Shown piece after piece: positions 38,527-49,426 of a DNA stretch of 64,000 nucleotides; the stretch's first letter is position 1; every line of letters begins with the position of its first letter. The notes beneath the pieces are model-generated. The model was not told the origin of the DNA. It worked only from the letters and a program-made list of their open reading frames with translations, and made no database searches. Origin of the DNA: Sediminibacterium sp. (GTDB lineage: Bacteria; Bacteroidota; Bacteroidia; Chitinophagales; Chitinophagaceae); assembly GCA_040403595.1 (NCBI GenBank), contig JBBAKI010000002.1, positions 45,088 to 109,087 on the forward strand, in the 5' to 3' direction. The translations under genes and the position numbers were made by a program.

Positions 38527-39567
38527 ATGGCAGTTCTACACAACCGCGTTTCAAACGAGGAGTTAAAGGCGATTATGATGGCGGAAACATTTCACCGCGT
38601 TACCATTAGCTTTTACGCGTATTTCCCAGTTCAAAATCCAGCCGTTTTTAGAGACGAGCTTTATAAGGCTTTATTTCCTTTACAAGTGTTTGGTCGAATT
38701 TATGTAGCCAAAGAAGGGATCAATGCGCAAATAAGTGTACCTGATTTTAATGTCGAACAATTTAAAGCACAGCTATATGCTATCGAGCATTTGAATGGGC
38801 TTCGATTAAATATTGCTGTTGATGATGATGGCAAAAGTTTTTGGGTGCTTAAAATTAAAGTGCGTGAAAAAATTGTGGCGGATGGCATCACAGATCCTAG
38901 TTTTTCAATGGAAAATAAAGGCAAGTATGTGAACGCTGTTCAAATGAATGCGTTACTTGAAAAACCAGATACCATTGTTATTGATATGCGCAATCATTAT
39001 GAGTATGAAGTAGGACATTTTACAAACGCTATCGAAATTCCATCCGATACTTTTAGAGAGCAACTACCGATGGCTGCGGATATGATGAAGGGCAACGAAG
39101 AAAAAGATATTATCATGTACTGCACCGGTGGCATTCGTTGTGAAAAAGCAAGTGCTTATATGTTACACCAAGGGTTTAAAAATGTTTTTCATTTGGAAGG
39201 CGGTATTATTAATTATGCAAATCAAGCAGTGCAGGCGGGCATCGATAAAAAGTTTATTGGAAAAAACTTTGTGTTTGATAATAGGCTAGGGGAAAGGATC
39301 ACAGAAGACATTATTGCCGTTTGTCATCAGTGCGGAAAACCTGCAGACACACATACCAACTGTTTAAACAATGGGTGTCATTTGCTATTTATTCAATGTG
39401 CTAGTTGTGCTAATACTTTTGAAGGATGTTGCAGTAAAGGTTGTCAAGACACGATTCATATGCCGCTCGAACGTCAAAAAGAATTACGTAAGGGCGTACG
39501 TCATGGTCAATACATTTTTAATAAAAGTAAAAGGTTGCGTCCAAGACTCAATGAACCCGAAAACTAA
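38527..39567 (+). CDS. trhO: Oxygen-dependent tRNA uridine(34) hydroxylase (UPF0176/YceA rhodanese family)
   Basis: [44 protein letters not shown] and a Cys-rich C-terminal domain. Confidence 0.9.
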   Translation: MAVLHNRVSNEELKAIMMAETFHRVTISFYAYFPVQNPAVFRDELYKALFPLQVFGRIYVAKEGINAQISVPDFNVEQFKAQLYAIEHLNGLRLNIAVDDDGKSFWVLKIKVREKIVADGITDPSFSMENKGKYVNAVQMNALLEKPDTIVIDMRNHYEYEVGHFTNAIEIPSDTFREQLPMAADMMKGNEEKDIIMYCTGGIRCEKASAYMLHQGFKNVFHLEGGIINYANQAVQAGIDKKFIGKNFVFDNRLGERITEDIIAVCHQCGKPADTHTNCLNNGCHLLFIQCASCANTFEGCCSKGCQDTIHMPLERQKELRKGVRHGQYIFNKSKRLRPRLNEPEN

Positions 39568-39576
39568 CTTGTATAT

Positions 39577-40509
39577 TTAGTCGGTGCAAAATTTTGCAAA
39601 CGATGCCAATACTGCACTCATAATTTGATCTTCCGTGTAAGTGGTTGGTACAAAAGTTTTACCTGTTACTTTCTCAAAAAGTTCTATATAACGCTTGCTA
39701 ATGGTATCAATCCATTCCTCACTCATTTCAGGAACAGTTTGTCCTTCTTTACCCATAAAATTATTTTCGATTAACCATTCGCGTACAAACTCTTTACTGA
39801 GTTGTTTTTGTTTTTCACCAGAAGTTTGTCTTCCTTCAAAGCCATCTTCGTAAAAATAACGTGACGAATCTGGAGTATGTACTTCATCCATTAAATAAAT
39901 GGTGTCACCTATTTTGCCAAATTCATATTTAGTATCTGCTAAAATAAGACCTTGTTTGCTGGCAATTTCTTTACCTCTATTAAATAAGGCTAGTGCATAT
40001 TTTTCTAAAACAGCCCAATCTGCTTCGGAAACAAGTCCGGTGGCTATAATGTCTTCTTTGGAAATATCCTCGTCGTGACCTTCTGATGCCTTGGTGGAAG
40101 GGGTAATAATGGGGCTTGGAAAAAAATCATTTTCTTTTAATCCTTCTGGTAAATTGACCCCACAAAGGATTCTTGCCCCGGATGCGTAAGTTCTGTAGGC
40201 ATGACCCACTAAGTTGCCGCGAACCACCATTTCGATCTTAAAAGGCGTACACTTTTTGCCCACCGATGCTGTTGGTGCAGGTGCATCGAGTAACCAGTTT
40301 GGACAAATATCTCGGGTTTGATTGAGCATAAATTCTGCTATCTGATTGAGGACCTGTCCTTTATATGGTATAGTTTTTGGCAATATTACATCAAAGGCAG
40401 AAATCCGGTCACTGGCAATCATGATCAGCCAATCGGTACCAATCGTATAAACGTCTCTTACTTTTCCATGGTATATGGCTGTCTGATAGGGGAATTGTAG
40501 GCTTTGCAT
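39577..40509 (-). CDS. purC: SAICAR synthetase
   Basis: [40 protein letters not shown] and LSKEFVR. Start taken at 40509; 40524 is the alternative. Confidence 0.95.
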   Translation of the reverse strand: MQSLQFPYQTAIYHGKVRDVYTIGTDWLIMIASDRISAFDVILPKTIPYKGQVLNQIAEFMLNQTRDICPNWLLDAPAPTASVGKKCTPFKIEMVVRGNLVGHAYRTYASGARILCGVNLPEGLKENDFFPSPIITPSTKASEGHDEDISKEDIIATGLVSEADWAVLEKYALALFNRGKEIASKQGLILADTKYEFGKIGDTIYLMDEVHTPDSSRYFYEDGFEGRQTSGEKQKQLSKEFVREWLIENNFMGKEGQTVPEMSEEWIDTISKRYIELFEKVTGKTFVPTTYTEDQIMSAVLASFAKFCTD

Positions 40510-40656
40510 ACCCAAAAATAGCATCTAAAACATCAAAATGGGGGGATTCAAAAGGCTTTTTCTCAACACCCATAAAATGCTTTGGGATAAATTAAATTTT
40601 TAGAAAAGGCCAACTTGTGTTATTTTGCTTCCAAATTATAACCAAATTTTGCCAAA

Positions 40657-43587
40657 ATGAGAAGACTCAACAGCAAATGTTTATTTGTGGCCATGGCTAC
40701 TTTTGTAACAATTAGTGCTAGCGCCCAAAATTCTACCGTTGTTTCAGGTAGTGTAAAAAATGCTAAATCAAAAGAAGTGGTTTCGGCTGTTTCTGTAACC
40801 GTAAAAGGAAGTTCTGTTGGAACATTTACAGATGATAAAGGAACTTTCCGTTTTTCATCTATCAAGAATTACCCAGTTACCTTGGTATTTTCTTCGGTAG
40901 GGTTTTCAAACAAAGAAGTTACGCTTAAATCTGCAAGTACCGATGTATCTGTTGCACTAGATGCTTCATACACCCTTGGTGAAGAAGTAGTAGTAGCTGC
41001 ATCAAGAGTACCAGAAAGAATTTTAGAATCGCCAGTAACTATTGAGCGTGTTAGTGCTGCAGCTATTAGAAATAGTGCTGCAACAAACTACTACGATGTA
41101 CTTACCAACTTAAAAGGGGTAGACGTTGTAGCAGCGAGTTTAACTTTTAAAACAGTTGGTACACGTGGTTTTAATAGTAGTGGTAACACCCGTTTAAATC
41201 AGTTAGTGGATGGTATGGACAACCAAGCTCCAGGCCTAAACTTTTCTGTAGGTAGTGTTATTGGCTTAACAGAATTAGATGTAGATAACATGGAGTTACT
41301 TCCAGGTGCATCTTCTGCATTATATGGACCAGGTGGTATGAACGGTACTGTTTTGATCAACAGTAAAAACCCTTTCAAATACCAAGGATTAAGTTTCCAA
41401 ATTAAGCAAGGTGCTAACCATATTGGTAGTGATCAACGACCTACTGCTCCTTATAGCGACTGGGCTATACGTTGGGCTAAAAAAGTAAATGACAAATTCG
41501 CTTATAAGATTACAGCAGAAAATATGACTGCGCAAGATTGGTTAGCGAATCAAACAAATAACTATGTTAGAGGTGCAGGTTCACCAAACGGTATGACTGT
41601 TCCAGGTTGGAGAGATATTGATCCAAACTATGATGGTGTAAACGTATATGGTGATGAAACAAGTGTAAGTTTAAGTTCAGTAGCTGCATCAGTAATTGCT
41701 GCTTCTGGCGTTCCTGCTTCTGCAGTTGGATATTTCAACGCTTTTCTTGCTTCAAATCCAACCGCAAAATTAGCTGATTATAATGCTGCATTAACTTTAG
41801 GTGGCTTAGGCGCATTAGTGTCTTCAGGTATGTCACCTATTTTTTATGGTGCCGCAAGAGGAATGTTTGGTACACAATATGTAAGTAGAACTGGATATGC
41901 CGAAAAAGACGTGGTAGATCCTACTACTTCTAATTTTAAAATGACAGGTAGTTTAAACTATAAATTAACGGACAAAATTGAAGCATCATTTGGCGCAAAT
42001 TTTGGAACTGGTAATACTGTTTACACAGGTTCAGATCGTTACTCTTTAAAAGACCTTAAAATGTCTCAGTTCAAATTTGAATTAAAGAGCAAAGATTGGT
42101 ATGTACGTTTATATACCACTCACGAAAACTCTGGTTCATCCTTTAACTCAACAATTGCTACACGTACATTTAATGAGGCATGGAAGGCAAGTTCAAGTTG
42201 GTATCCACAATACATGGTTGCTTATGTTTCTGCAATGCAACAAGGTGTTCCTCAATATTTATCTCATGTTGCTGCTCGTACTTTTGCTGATCAAGGTCGT
42301 CCAACAGGTTTTATTGGTAACAATCCTTTGTTCCAAGCCATAGTTAGAACGCCAATTGGTAAGCCAGTTGCTGGCATGACTGGTTTAGAAGGTGGTCAGT
42401 TTATGGACAAGTCTAGATTAAATGTGGTTGATGCGCAATATAATTTAACCAATGCTTTAGGACTTGCTAAATCAGGTACTGATTTCTTAGTTGGTTTTAA
42501 TACCAAGCAATATCAATTAAATTCTAATGGTACAATTTTTGCTGATACTACAGGCGCTATCAACATCAACGAGTTTGGTGCGTATGGTCAGTTATCTCAA
42601 AAATTATTTAAGGATATCGTTAAAGTAACCATCTCTGGTCGTTATGATAAAAACACCAACTTTGCTGGTCGTTTTACACCAAGAGCTTCTGCTGTAATTA
42701 AATTAAAGCAAGACCACAACCTTCGTGTATCTTATCAAACCGCTTACCGTTTTCCTACCACTCAAAACCAATGGATCAATTTAACAGTTGGTGGTGGTAC
42801 ACGTTTAATGGGAGGCTTACCACAATTACGTGATTACTATAACTTTAGTGGTAACCCAGGCTTTACACTTGCTAGTGTGCAAGCTTTTGGCGCAAGTGCT
42901 TTAGCAGGTGCTCCAAATCCAACGCTTTTAAAAGTTCAAAACTTTGGCGAATTTAAGCCAGAGTCTAGTACTTCATTTGAAGTTGGTTACAAGGGCTTAT
43001 TTGCTAAAGTATTATTGGTAGATGCATATGTATACAGTTCTAAATACCAAAACTTTATAGGTGGAGTAACTGCAATTCAAGCAAAAGGTTCTTACAACCC
43101 AATGAGCTTGTTATTTGAATCTTCTAGAATTGGTTATAGTATTTCAACAAATGCGCCAGGCGAAGTAACTGTAAAAGGTTGGGGTGCATCTGCTGATGTA
43201 TTATTACCTAAAAACTTTACTGTAGGTGCTAACCTTTACTCAGATGTAATTGGTGAGTTACCTCCAAATTTTGTTTCTTATTTCAATACTTCTAAATACC
43301 GTGCTAACCTAAGCTTTGCTAACACAGGCTTTGGTAAAAATGACCGTTATGGATTCAACGTTGTTTACAGAACAACTAGCAATTTCAACTACGAAGGTAC
43401 ATTTGGTACTGGCGAAATGCCTGGCTACAAGACTATCGATGCTCAGGTTAGCTACAAATTCCCTGCTATCAAGTCTGTATTCAAAATTGGTGGTACCAAT
43501 ATCTTAAACAAATACTACCGTACTGGTTGGGGTAATCCTTCAATTGGTGGTTTATACTATGTAAGCTTTGCTTATAACGTATTCTAG
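40657..43587 (+). CDS. TonB-dependent receptor with N-terminal CarboxypepD_reg-like domain
   Basis: Signal peptide, EVVVAASR, plug QLVDGMDN and PGASSALYG, C-terminal YNVF. Confidence 0.92.
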   Translation: MRRLNSKCLFVAMATFVTISASAQNSTVVSGSVKNAKSKEVVSAVSVTVKGSSVGTFTDDKGTFRFSSIKNYPVTLVFSSVGFSNKEVTLKSASTDVSVALDASYTLGEEVVVAASRVPERILESPVTIERVSAAAIRNSAATNYYDVLTNLKGVDVVAASLTFKTVGTRGFNSSGNTRLNQLVDGMDNQAPGLNFSVGSVIGLTELDVDNMELLPGASSALYGPGGMNGTVLINSKNPFKYQGLSFQIKQGANHIGSDQRPTAPYSDWAIRWAKKVNDKFAYKITAENMTAQDWLANQTNNYVRGAGSPNGMTVPGWRDIDPNYDGVNVYGDETSVSLSSVAASVIAASGVPASAVGYFNAFLASNPTAKLADYNAALTLGGLGALVSSGMSPIFYGAARGMFGTQYVSRTGYAEKDVVDPTTSNFKMTGSLNYKLTDKIEASFGANFGTGNTVYTGSDRYSLKDLKMSQFKFELKSKDWYVRLYTTHENSGSSFNSTIATRTFNEAWKASSSWYPQYMVAYVSAMQQGVPQYLSHVAARTFADQGRPTGFIGNNPLFQAIVRTPIGKPVAGMTGLEGGQFMDKSRLNVVDAQYNLTNALGLAKSGTDFLVGFNTKQYQLNSNGTIFADTTGAININEFGAYGQLSQKLFKDIVKVTISGRYDKNTNFAGRFTPRASAVIKLKQDHNLRVSYQTAYRFPTTQNQWINLTVGGGTRLMGGLPQLRDYYNFSGNPGFTLASVQAFGASALAGAPNPTLLKVQNFGEFKPESSTSFEVGYKGLFAKVLLVDAYVYSSKYQNFIGGVTAIQAKGSYNPMSLLFESSRIGYSISTNAPGEVTVKGWGASADVLLPKNFTVGANLYSDVIGELPPNFVSYFNTSKYRANLSFANTGFGKNDRYGFNVVYRTTSNFNYEGTFGTGEMPGYKTIDAQVSYKFPAIKSVFKIGGTNILNKYYRTGWGNPSIGGLYYVSFAYNVF

Positions 43588-43612
43588 ACCTCACGGTTCA
43601 TAATAAAAAATT

Positions 43613-43644
43613 AAAGCCCCTTACCTTTGTAAGGGGCTTTTTTT
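43613..43644 (+). terminator. Intrinsic terminator
   Basis: AAAGCCCCTTAC-CTTT-GTAAGGGGCTTT followed by a T run. Confidence 0.9.
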
Positions 43645-43659
43645 ATCACCAATTATCTC

Positions 43660-43667
43660 TATTTTTG
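43660..43667 (+). promoter_or_regulatory. -7 element TATTTTTG for pdhB
   Basis: TAnnTTTG 25 nt before the ATG. Confidence 0.6.
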
Positions 43668-43692
43668 CATCTCAAATAATAACCCTACAACT

Positions 43693-44679
43693 ATGCGTTC
43701 AATAGCTTTTAGAGAGGCGCTCAGAGAAGCCATGTCAGAAGAGATGAGAAGAGATGAGCTGGTATTTTTAATGGGCGAGGAAGTGGCTCAATACAATGGT
43801 GCATATAAAGTAAGCCAGGGTATGCTTGCCGAGTTTGGAGAAAAAAGAGTTATTGATACACCCATCGCAGAGCTTGGCTTTACAGCCATTGCTGTAGGTG
43901 CTGCGCAAAATGGTTTAAAACCAATTGTTGAATTTATGACTTGGAACTTTGCGGTTTTAGCAATGGATCAAATTTTAAATACGGCATCTAAAATGCTTGC
44001 GATGAGTGGTGGACAAATTGGTTGCCCAATTGTATTTAGAGGGCCTAATGGAAGTGCTGGACAACTCGGTGCACAACACTCAACAGCATTTGAAAGTTAT
44101 TATGCAAATATTCCTGGTATTAAAGTCGTATCTCCTTCTAATGGGTATGATGCTAAAGGCCTCATGAAGCAAGCTATCCGTTACGAAAAAGATCCTGTGA
44201 TGTTTATGGAAAGTGAAGTAATGTATGGCGATAAGTGTGATGTACCTGATGATGAGTATTATATTCCATTAGGTAAAGCAGACGTAAAAAAATCTGGCAG
44301 AGACTTAACGATTGTTTCTTACAATAAAATGATGAAAGTAGCTTTAGGTGCTGCAGAGGAACTAGAAAAAGAAGGCATCAGTGCCGAAGTTCTAGACTTA
44401 CGTACGATTCGTCCACTTGATTGGATGACTATTTTAGAAAGCGTTAAAAAAACAAACCGTTTATTAATTGTAGAAGAGCAGTGGCCGTTTGCTTCTGTAT
44501 CTTCTGAAATTACATACCGTATTCAAAAAGAAGGGTTTGATTATTTAGATGCGCCAATTCGTAGAATTACTAGTGCCGATGCACCTATGCACTATGCCCC
44601 TAATTTAACAGCACTTGCTATTCCTGATGTTTCAAGAACAGTGAAGCTTGCTAAAGAAATGATGCACCAACGTAAATAG
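43693..44679 (+). CDS. pdhB: Pyruvate dehydrogenase E1 beta subunit
   Basis: FLMGEEVAQYNGAYK, DTPIAE, EFMTWNF, FRGPNG, AQHS and DLRTIRPLD. Confidence 0.95.
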   Translation: MRSIAFREALREAMSEEMRRDELVFLMGEEVAQYNGAYKVSQGMLAEFGEKRVIDTPIAELGFTAIAVGAAQNGLKPIVEFMTWNFAVLAMDQILNTASKMLAMSGGQIGCPIVFRGPNGSAGQLGAQHSTAFESYYANIPGIKVVSPSNGYDAKGLMKQAIRYEKDPVMFMESEVMYGDKCDVPDDEYYIPLGKADVKKSGRDLTIVSYNKMMKVALGAAEELEKEGISAEVLDLRTIRPLDWMTILESVKKTNRLLIVEEQWPFASVSSEITYRIQKEGFDYLDAPIRRITSADAPMHYAPNLTALAIPDVSRTVKLAKEMMHQRK

Positions 44680-44685
44680 TGTCAC

Positions 44686-46761
44686 ATGTGCCTCAACAAC
44701 TTTTGGAAAAGGCATCTGTTACTATTTTTTGCTTGTTTAATAGCTCATGTATTGATGGCGCAATCCGCTCAAAAGGATAGTACCATCAATAGTTTAGATA
44801 GTGTCTATGTTATTGCTTTTCGTTCAAAAATAAATAGCCAAAATTTTCCTGTTTCGGTAGCGCATCTATCATCAAAACTTTTAACGCAAGCAATAAACGC
44901 AACACTGCTTCCAGCAATCAATAGCATTGTAGGTGTTAAAATGGAGCAGCGATCGCCAGGCAGTTATAGACTTGCTATTAGAGGTAGTTCCCTTCGATCG
45001 CCATTTGGAATTCGCAACGTCAAAGTGTATTGGAATCAAATACCTTTTACGGATCCAACTGGAAACACCTATTTAAATATTTTACCAACTGCTGTTATTA
45101 ATAGCATCGATATAATTAAAGGTCCAGTAGGTGAATCTTATGGATTAGGAACAGGCGGTGCGGTATTGTTGCAGTCAAATTTTATGCTTGATTCAACTAC
45201 GGAGTCAACTGCCCTTGTAAATATTAGAGGAGGAAGTTTTGGACTTTTTGGGCAAGATGTCCGCGTAACTTTCAAAGGCAAAAACACACAGCAAACCTTT
45301 TTTGTTTCCAACGAATCATCCAATGGATGGCGGGAACAATCCGCTACGAATAAAAAAAATATTATCTGGTTTACAAGTACAGTCATTCATAAACATTCGT
45401 TGCAAACAACATTGTTGTTTACAGATCTTATGTACCAAACACCAGGTGGGCTTACGCTTGCTCAGATGCAGCAAAACCCAAGGTGGGCAAGGCAAGCTAC
45501 GACTTCGCTTCCCGGAGCTGTAACACAACAAACGGCGGTTTTCAATAAAACCCTGCTAGGTAGTGTGCAACATCATTATCAATTTTCTAAAAAGCTTTTT
45601 TGGGACAATTTTATGATAGCTACACAAACTAATTTTAAAAACCCTTTTATTACCAATTACGAAACACGAAACGAAAAAAACGTAAGCGTGGGGAGTCATA
45701 TATCTTATCATACACATACATCATTTGGAGATTTTAAATTGGTCATGGGTGGCGAGTGGCAAGTGCAAGATGCGCTCATCTATAATTATGGCAACAAAAA
45801 AGGCATTATAGATACGTTGCAATTTTCAGATGATGTAACAACGAAGCAAGGATTTTTATTTTTGAATACCTCGCTTCATCTCCAAAAAAAATGGTTTATT
45901 GAACTTGGCATTAGTAGTGCTTTTATGCGCTACAATTATCTTCGCACATCCGCTACTATATTTCCGAGAGCTTCTAAAGTCAATACGGGCTTATTGGCGC
46001 CACAACTTGGTGTATCCTACGCACTAACTACACATGCTAATTTGTTTGTTCAAATTTCTAAAGGTTTTTCACCACCAACACTTGCAGAAATTAGACCTTC
46101 CGACGGATTGTTTTATAATGCACTCGCTCCTGAATTTGGTTGGAATATCGAAGGGGGTATAAAAGGAGTTGCTGTGCATGGTAAACTTAGTTACGAATTA
46201 TCATGGTATCATTTTGATGTACAAGATGCGATTGTGCGTCAAAATACAAATAGCGGTATCGAGTATTTTATTAATGCAGGATCTGTTAAGCAGGGGGGTG
46301 CAGAAATGCAATTAACCTACAAAGTAATTGCTAATCAATTGCATCAACTCAATTGTAAAATAGGGTATGCCTATCAGCCTTACCGTTTTATGCATTATGT
46401 GCAAGCTGGGAATATCTATGATGGAAAAGAAGTAACCGGCAATGCAAAACAGCAAGTTATTTTTTTGATGGATTATAGTTACAAGAAAAAGTTGGCAGCA
46501 TTTGCTACGCTTCAATCATTATCTGCAGTTCCGCTCACAGATGCCAATGATGTGTTTGCGCCCGCATATTCGCTTTTGCAAATGGGGATGTCCTACAATT
46601 GTAAAGCTATTCGTTACTTTGTAGGGGTTGACAATGTGCTAAATGCCTCCTATAGTTTGGGTAACGATATCAATGCCGCTGGAAAGCGTTATTATAACCC
46701 TGCAGCATCCCGAAGCCTGCTCGTTGGCGTAACTGTTCAATTCAATAAAAGAAGCCGTTAA
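44686..46761 (+). CDS. TonB-dependent receptor, substrate unknown
   Basis: Plug motifs RLAIRGS, RNVKVYWNQIP and IDIIKGP; C-terminal YNPAASR..GVTVQF. Confidence 0.88.
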   Translation: MCLNNFWKRHLLLFFACLIAHVLMAQSAQKDSTINSLDSVYVIAFRSKINSQNFPVSVAHLSSKLLTQAINATLLPAINSIVGVKMEQRSPGSYRLAIRGSSLRSPFGIRNVKVYWNQIPFTDPTGNTYLNILPTAVINSIDIIKGPVGESYGLGTGGAVLLQSNFMLDSTTESTALVNIRGGSFGLFGQDVRVTFKGKNTQQTFFVSNESSNGWREQSATNKKNIIWFTSTVIHKHSLQTTLLFTDLMYQTPGGLTLAQMQQNPRWARQATTSLPGAVTQQTAVFNKTLLGSVQHHYQFSKKLFWDNFMIATQTNFKNPFITNYETRNEKNVSVGSHISYHTHTSFGDFKLVMGGEWQVQDALIYNYGNKKGIIDTLQFSDDVTTKQGFLFLNTSLHLQKKWFIELGISSAFMRYNYLRTSATIFPRASKVNTGLLAPQLGVSYALTTHANLFVQISKGFSPPTLAEIRPSDGLFYNALAPEFGWNIEGGIKGVAVHGKLSYELSWYHFDVQDAIVRQNTNSGIEYFINAGSVKQGGAEMQLTYKVIANQLHQLNCKIGYAYQPYRFMHYVQAGNIYDGKEVTGNAKQQVIFLMDYSYKKKLAAFATLQSLSAVPLTDANDVFAPAYSLLQMGMSYNCKAIRYFVGVDNVLNASYSLGNDINAAGKRYYNPAASRSLLVGVTVQFNKRSR

Positions 46762-46857
46762 ACTGCCTAAAATTGCCTTTTCTGGCCCGTCTTTGCCAAA
46801 TATCACGTTTTATGCAAAGTTTTAACAGTTTAATTGCCAATGTGGGTGCTAAAAGGA

Positions 46858-46865
46858 TATTTTTG
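46858..46865 (+). promoter_or_regulatory. -7 element TATTTTTG for lepB-cdd
   Basis: TAnnTTTG 22 nt before the ATG. Confidence 0.55.
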
Positions 46866-46887
46866 TTACAGTTAAAATGAAATTATT

Positions 46888-48393
46888 ATGACCGGACTTT
46901 TATTATTTATTGTGGGTGTGCTAGGATGGCATGCGGGTGTGTACGGATTATTTAATAAATCAAAAATTGAAGCATGGAAAGCTTTTGTTCCATTTTACAA
47001 TACCTACCAAATGGTAGAAGTTACCGGTATTAAAAAACATTGGTTTTGGTTGCAACTCATTCCAATTGTGGGTCAATTTATTACCATTTGGATTACCATC
47101 ATTTATGTAATGCACTTTAAAAAGGTAAGTTTATTAGACCATGCATTACTCGTGTTTTTGCCTTTTATCTATCTTCCTTTTATTGGGTTTTCTAAAAATA
47201 CAAAGTGGTATGGCGATGAAGCGTTAACACATTATCATAAATCAAGTGCGCGTGAATGGATTGATGCGGGTGTATTTGCCATTGTTGCTGCCACCATTAT
47301 ACGAACTTTTGTTTTTGAAGCGTATGTAATTCCTTCAGAGAGTATGGAAAAAACCTTACTCGTAAATGACTTTTTGTTTGTTAATAAAATGAGTTATGGT
47401 GCGCGTATGCCGCAAACACCTGTATCATTTCCATTTGTGCACAATACCATGCCTTTTTCTGTAACGGCACCTTCTTATTCTACCTGGGTTCAAGTACCTT
47501 ATAAGCGTTTACCTGCTTTTACGGATGTTAAAAGAAACGATGTAGTGGTATTTAATTTCCCTACTGGAGATACTATTATTAATTTGCCAGACTATGGTAG
47601 TAAAAGACCTTATTACGATGAGCTCCGCTATACCTTTAAAGGCAATCGTGAAATGTTACAATCAGAATTCCCAATTCTGGTGCATCCCATGGATAAAACG
47701 GACAATTATATTAAACGTTGTGTAGGTGTTGGGGGAGATGTATTACAAATTAAAAATGGTGTATTATTTGTAAACAATCAACCGGCTTATGTTCCGCCAG
47801 CTTCACAAACAGAATATATTATTGTTACCAACAAAGCACCATTTGATCCAGCCTATTTAAAAGAAACGTTTAACATTGATGTAGAAGATACCAAAGGACA
47901 GCTCGATGCTTTATCGGACAGTTCTTTTAAATTTAATGTTACACCTGCTGAGGCAGCTATTTTAAAAACACTACCGAACGTAAAATCTGTGACCCAGTAT
48001 ATCGAAAACTATGCAGGTATTACGTTCCCTAACGATGAAGTAAATTTTCCTTGGACCATCGATAATTTTGGACCATTTGAGATTCCTAAAAAAGGGAAGG
48101 CTATTCAATTAACAGCTGCTAATATTTCGATGTATCAGCGGTTAATTGAAAATTATGAGCACAATACATTTGCCATTAATAATGGACAATTTATCATTAA
48201 CGGCAAACCAGCAACTACCTATTCGCCACACTACAATTACTACTGGATGATGGGAGATAACCGTCACAGAAGTCAGGACAGTAGATTCTGGGGATTTGTA
48301 CCAGAAACACATATTGTAGGGAAGGCTTCTTTAATTTGGCTCAGTTGGGAAAACGGCCCAAGGTGGAAGCGTTTATTTAATTTTATTCAGTAG
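46888..48393 (+). CDS. lepB: Signal peptidase I with N-terminal membrane domain (DUF5684-like)
   Basis: Catalytic Ser IPSESME, Lys YIKRC and [13 protein letters not shown]. Confidence 0.93.
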   Translation: MTGLLLFIVGVLGWHAGVYGLFNKSKIEAWKAFVPFYNTYQMVEVTGIKKHWFWLQLIPIVGQFITIWITIIYVMHFKKVSLLDHALLVFLPFIYLPFIGFSKNTKWYGDEALTHYHKSSAREWIDAGVFAIVAATIIRTFVFEAYVIPSESMEKTLLVNDFLFVNKMSYGARMPQTPVSFPFVHNTMPFSVTAPSYSTWVQVPYKRLPAFTDVKRNDVVVFNFPTGDTIINLPDYGSKRPYYDELRYTFKGNREMLQSEFPILVHPMDKTDNYIKRCVGVGGDVLQIKNGVLFVNNQPAYVPPASQTEYIIVTNKAPFDPAYLKETFNIDVEDTKGQLDALSDSSFKFNVTPAEAAILKTLPNVKSVTQYIENYAGITFPNDEVNFPWTIDNFGPFEIPKKGKAIQLTAANISMYQRLIENYEHNTFAINNGQFIINGKPATTYSPHYNYYWMMGDNRHRSQDSRFWGFVPETHIVGKASLIWLSWENGPRWKRLFNFIQ

Positions 48394-48408
48394 TACGAAT
48401 CAATCAAC

Positions 48409-48894
48409 ATGCAAAAACAAACCGTTCAATTTTCATATCAAGTTTTTGCATCTTTTGATGCACTTTCTCTACAAGATCAACTATTATTTGCCCAGGCTCG
48501 GGAGGCATTGTCACTTGCACATGCACCGTATTCTAAATTCAATGTAGGTGCCGCTGCCGTTTTACAAAATGGTGAAATTATAAAAGGTAGTAATCAAGAA
48601 AATGCTAGTTACCCAATTGGTATTTGTGCGGAGCGCGTATTACTAAGTACAGCTTCTTCTTTGCAGTCTAAAGTACCTATCATCACCATGGCTATTACGT
48701 ATCATAATGAAAGAGGGGGCAACAATATGCCCATTGCACCTTGTGGTATGTGTAGGCAAGCCATCGCCGAATATGAATCAATCGTAAATCAGTCAATTCG
48801 ACTTATTTTAGGCGGAGAAACCGGCGAGTTGTATGTTATTGAAAAAGCGGCAGATTTGCTCCCGTTTGGGTTTTCAGGTGTTCACTTGCAGTAA
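48409..48894 (+). CDS. cdd: Cytidine deaminase, homotetrameric type
   Basis: APYSKF, NQENASY, CAERV and PCGMCRQ. Confidence 0.93.
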   Translation: MQKQTVQFSYQVFASFDALSLQDQLLFAQAREALSLAHAPYSKFNVGAAAVLQNGEIIKGSNQENASYPIGICAERVLLSTASSLQSKVPIITMAITYHNERGGNNMPIAPCGMCRQAIAEYESIVNQSIRLILGGETGELYVIEKAADLLPFGFSGVHLQ

Positions 48895-48906
48895 ACGATC
48901 CATTCG

Positions 48907-49422
48907 TTAAAACAAGGTTTGTACACCATGTTTAATTCTAAATTCATGTTGTAACAACCATTTCTTTTTTGGCATGCCCCCTGCATAACCCACAAGTGAA
49001 CGGTCTGCACCAATAATTCTATGGCAGGGTACCAAAATCATTAATTTGTTTTTTCCGTTGGCAGCCGCAGCAGCTCTAACTACTTTTGGGTCACCTAATT
49101 TTTTTGCTAAATCTCCGTAGCTATAAGTACTGCCGTAATTTATTTCGGCAAGCTTGGCCCATACTTTTTCTTGAAACTCGGTTCCGGATTGATGATACGG
49201 TATATCAAATACTTGCCTCGTGCCAGAAAAATATTCGATCAGCTGTTCGGTACAGCGGTGTATGAGTGGGGAGGGTTCTGCTGTGTTTGGAGCGGGCTCA
49301 TTTTCATTTTCCGCAAAACTAATTTCAGTGATATAAGTATCGGCACCACCAATTTTTAAAACACCAATAGGGCTATCGTAATATTCAAATGTTATAACCT
49401 CTATATCTGTTTCTGGCAGCAT
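48907..49422 (-). CDS. ogt: Methylated-DNA--protein-cysteine methyltransferase
   Basis: GTEFQEKVW and the active site PCHR. Confidence 0.93.
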   Translation of the reverse strand: MLPETDIEVITFEYYDSPIGVLKIGGADTYITEISFAENENEPAPNTAEPSPLIHRCTEQLIEYFSGTRQVFDIPYHQSGTEFQEKVWAKLAEINYGSTYSYGDLAKKLGDPKVVRAAAAANGKNKLMILVPCHRIIGADRSLVGYAGGMPKKKWLLQHEFRIKHGVQTLF

Positions 49423-49426
49423 ACAA

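Noticed and set aside
18970-43644. Recurring AAAGCCCC...GGGGCTTT hairpins as a possible REP/MITE family
   Set aside because: Only the short stem ends are shared, loops differ, and each sits right after a stop codon, so they are ordinary terminators.
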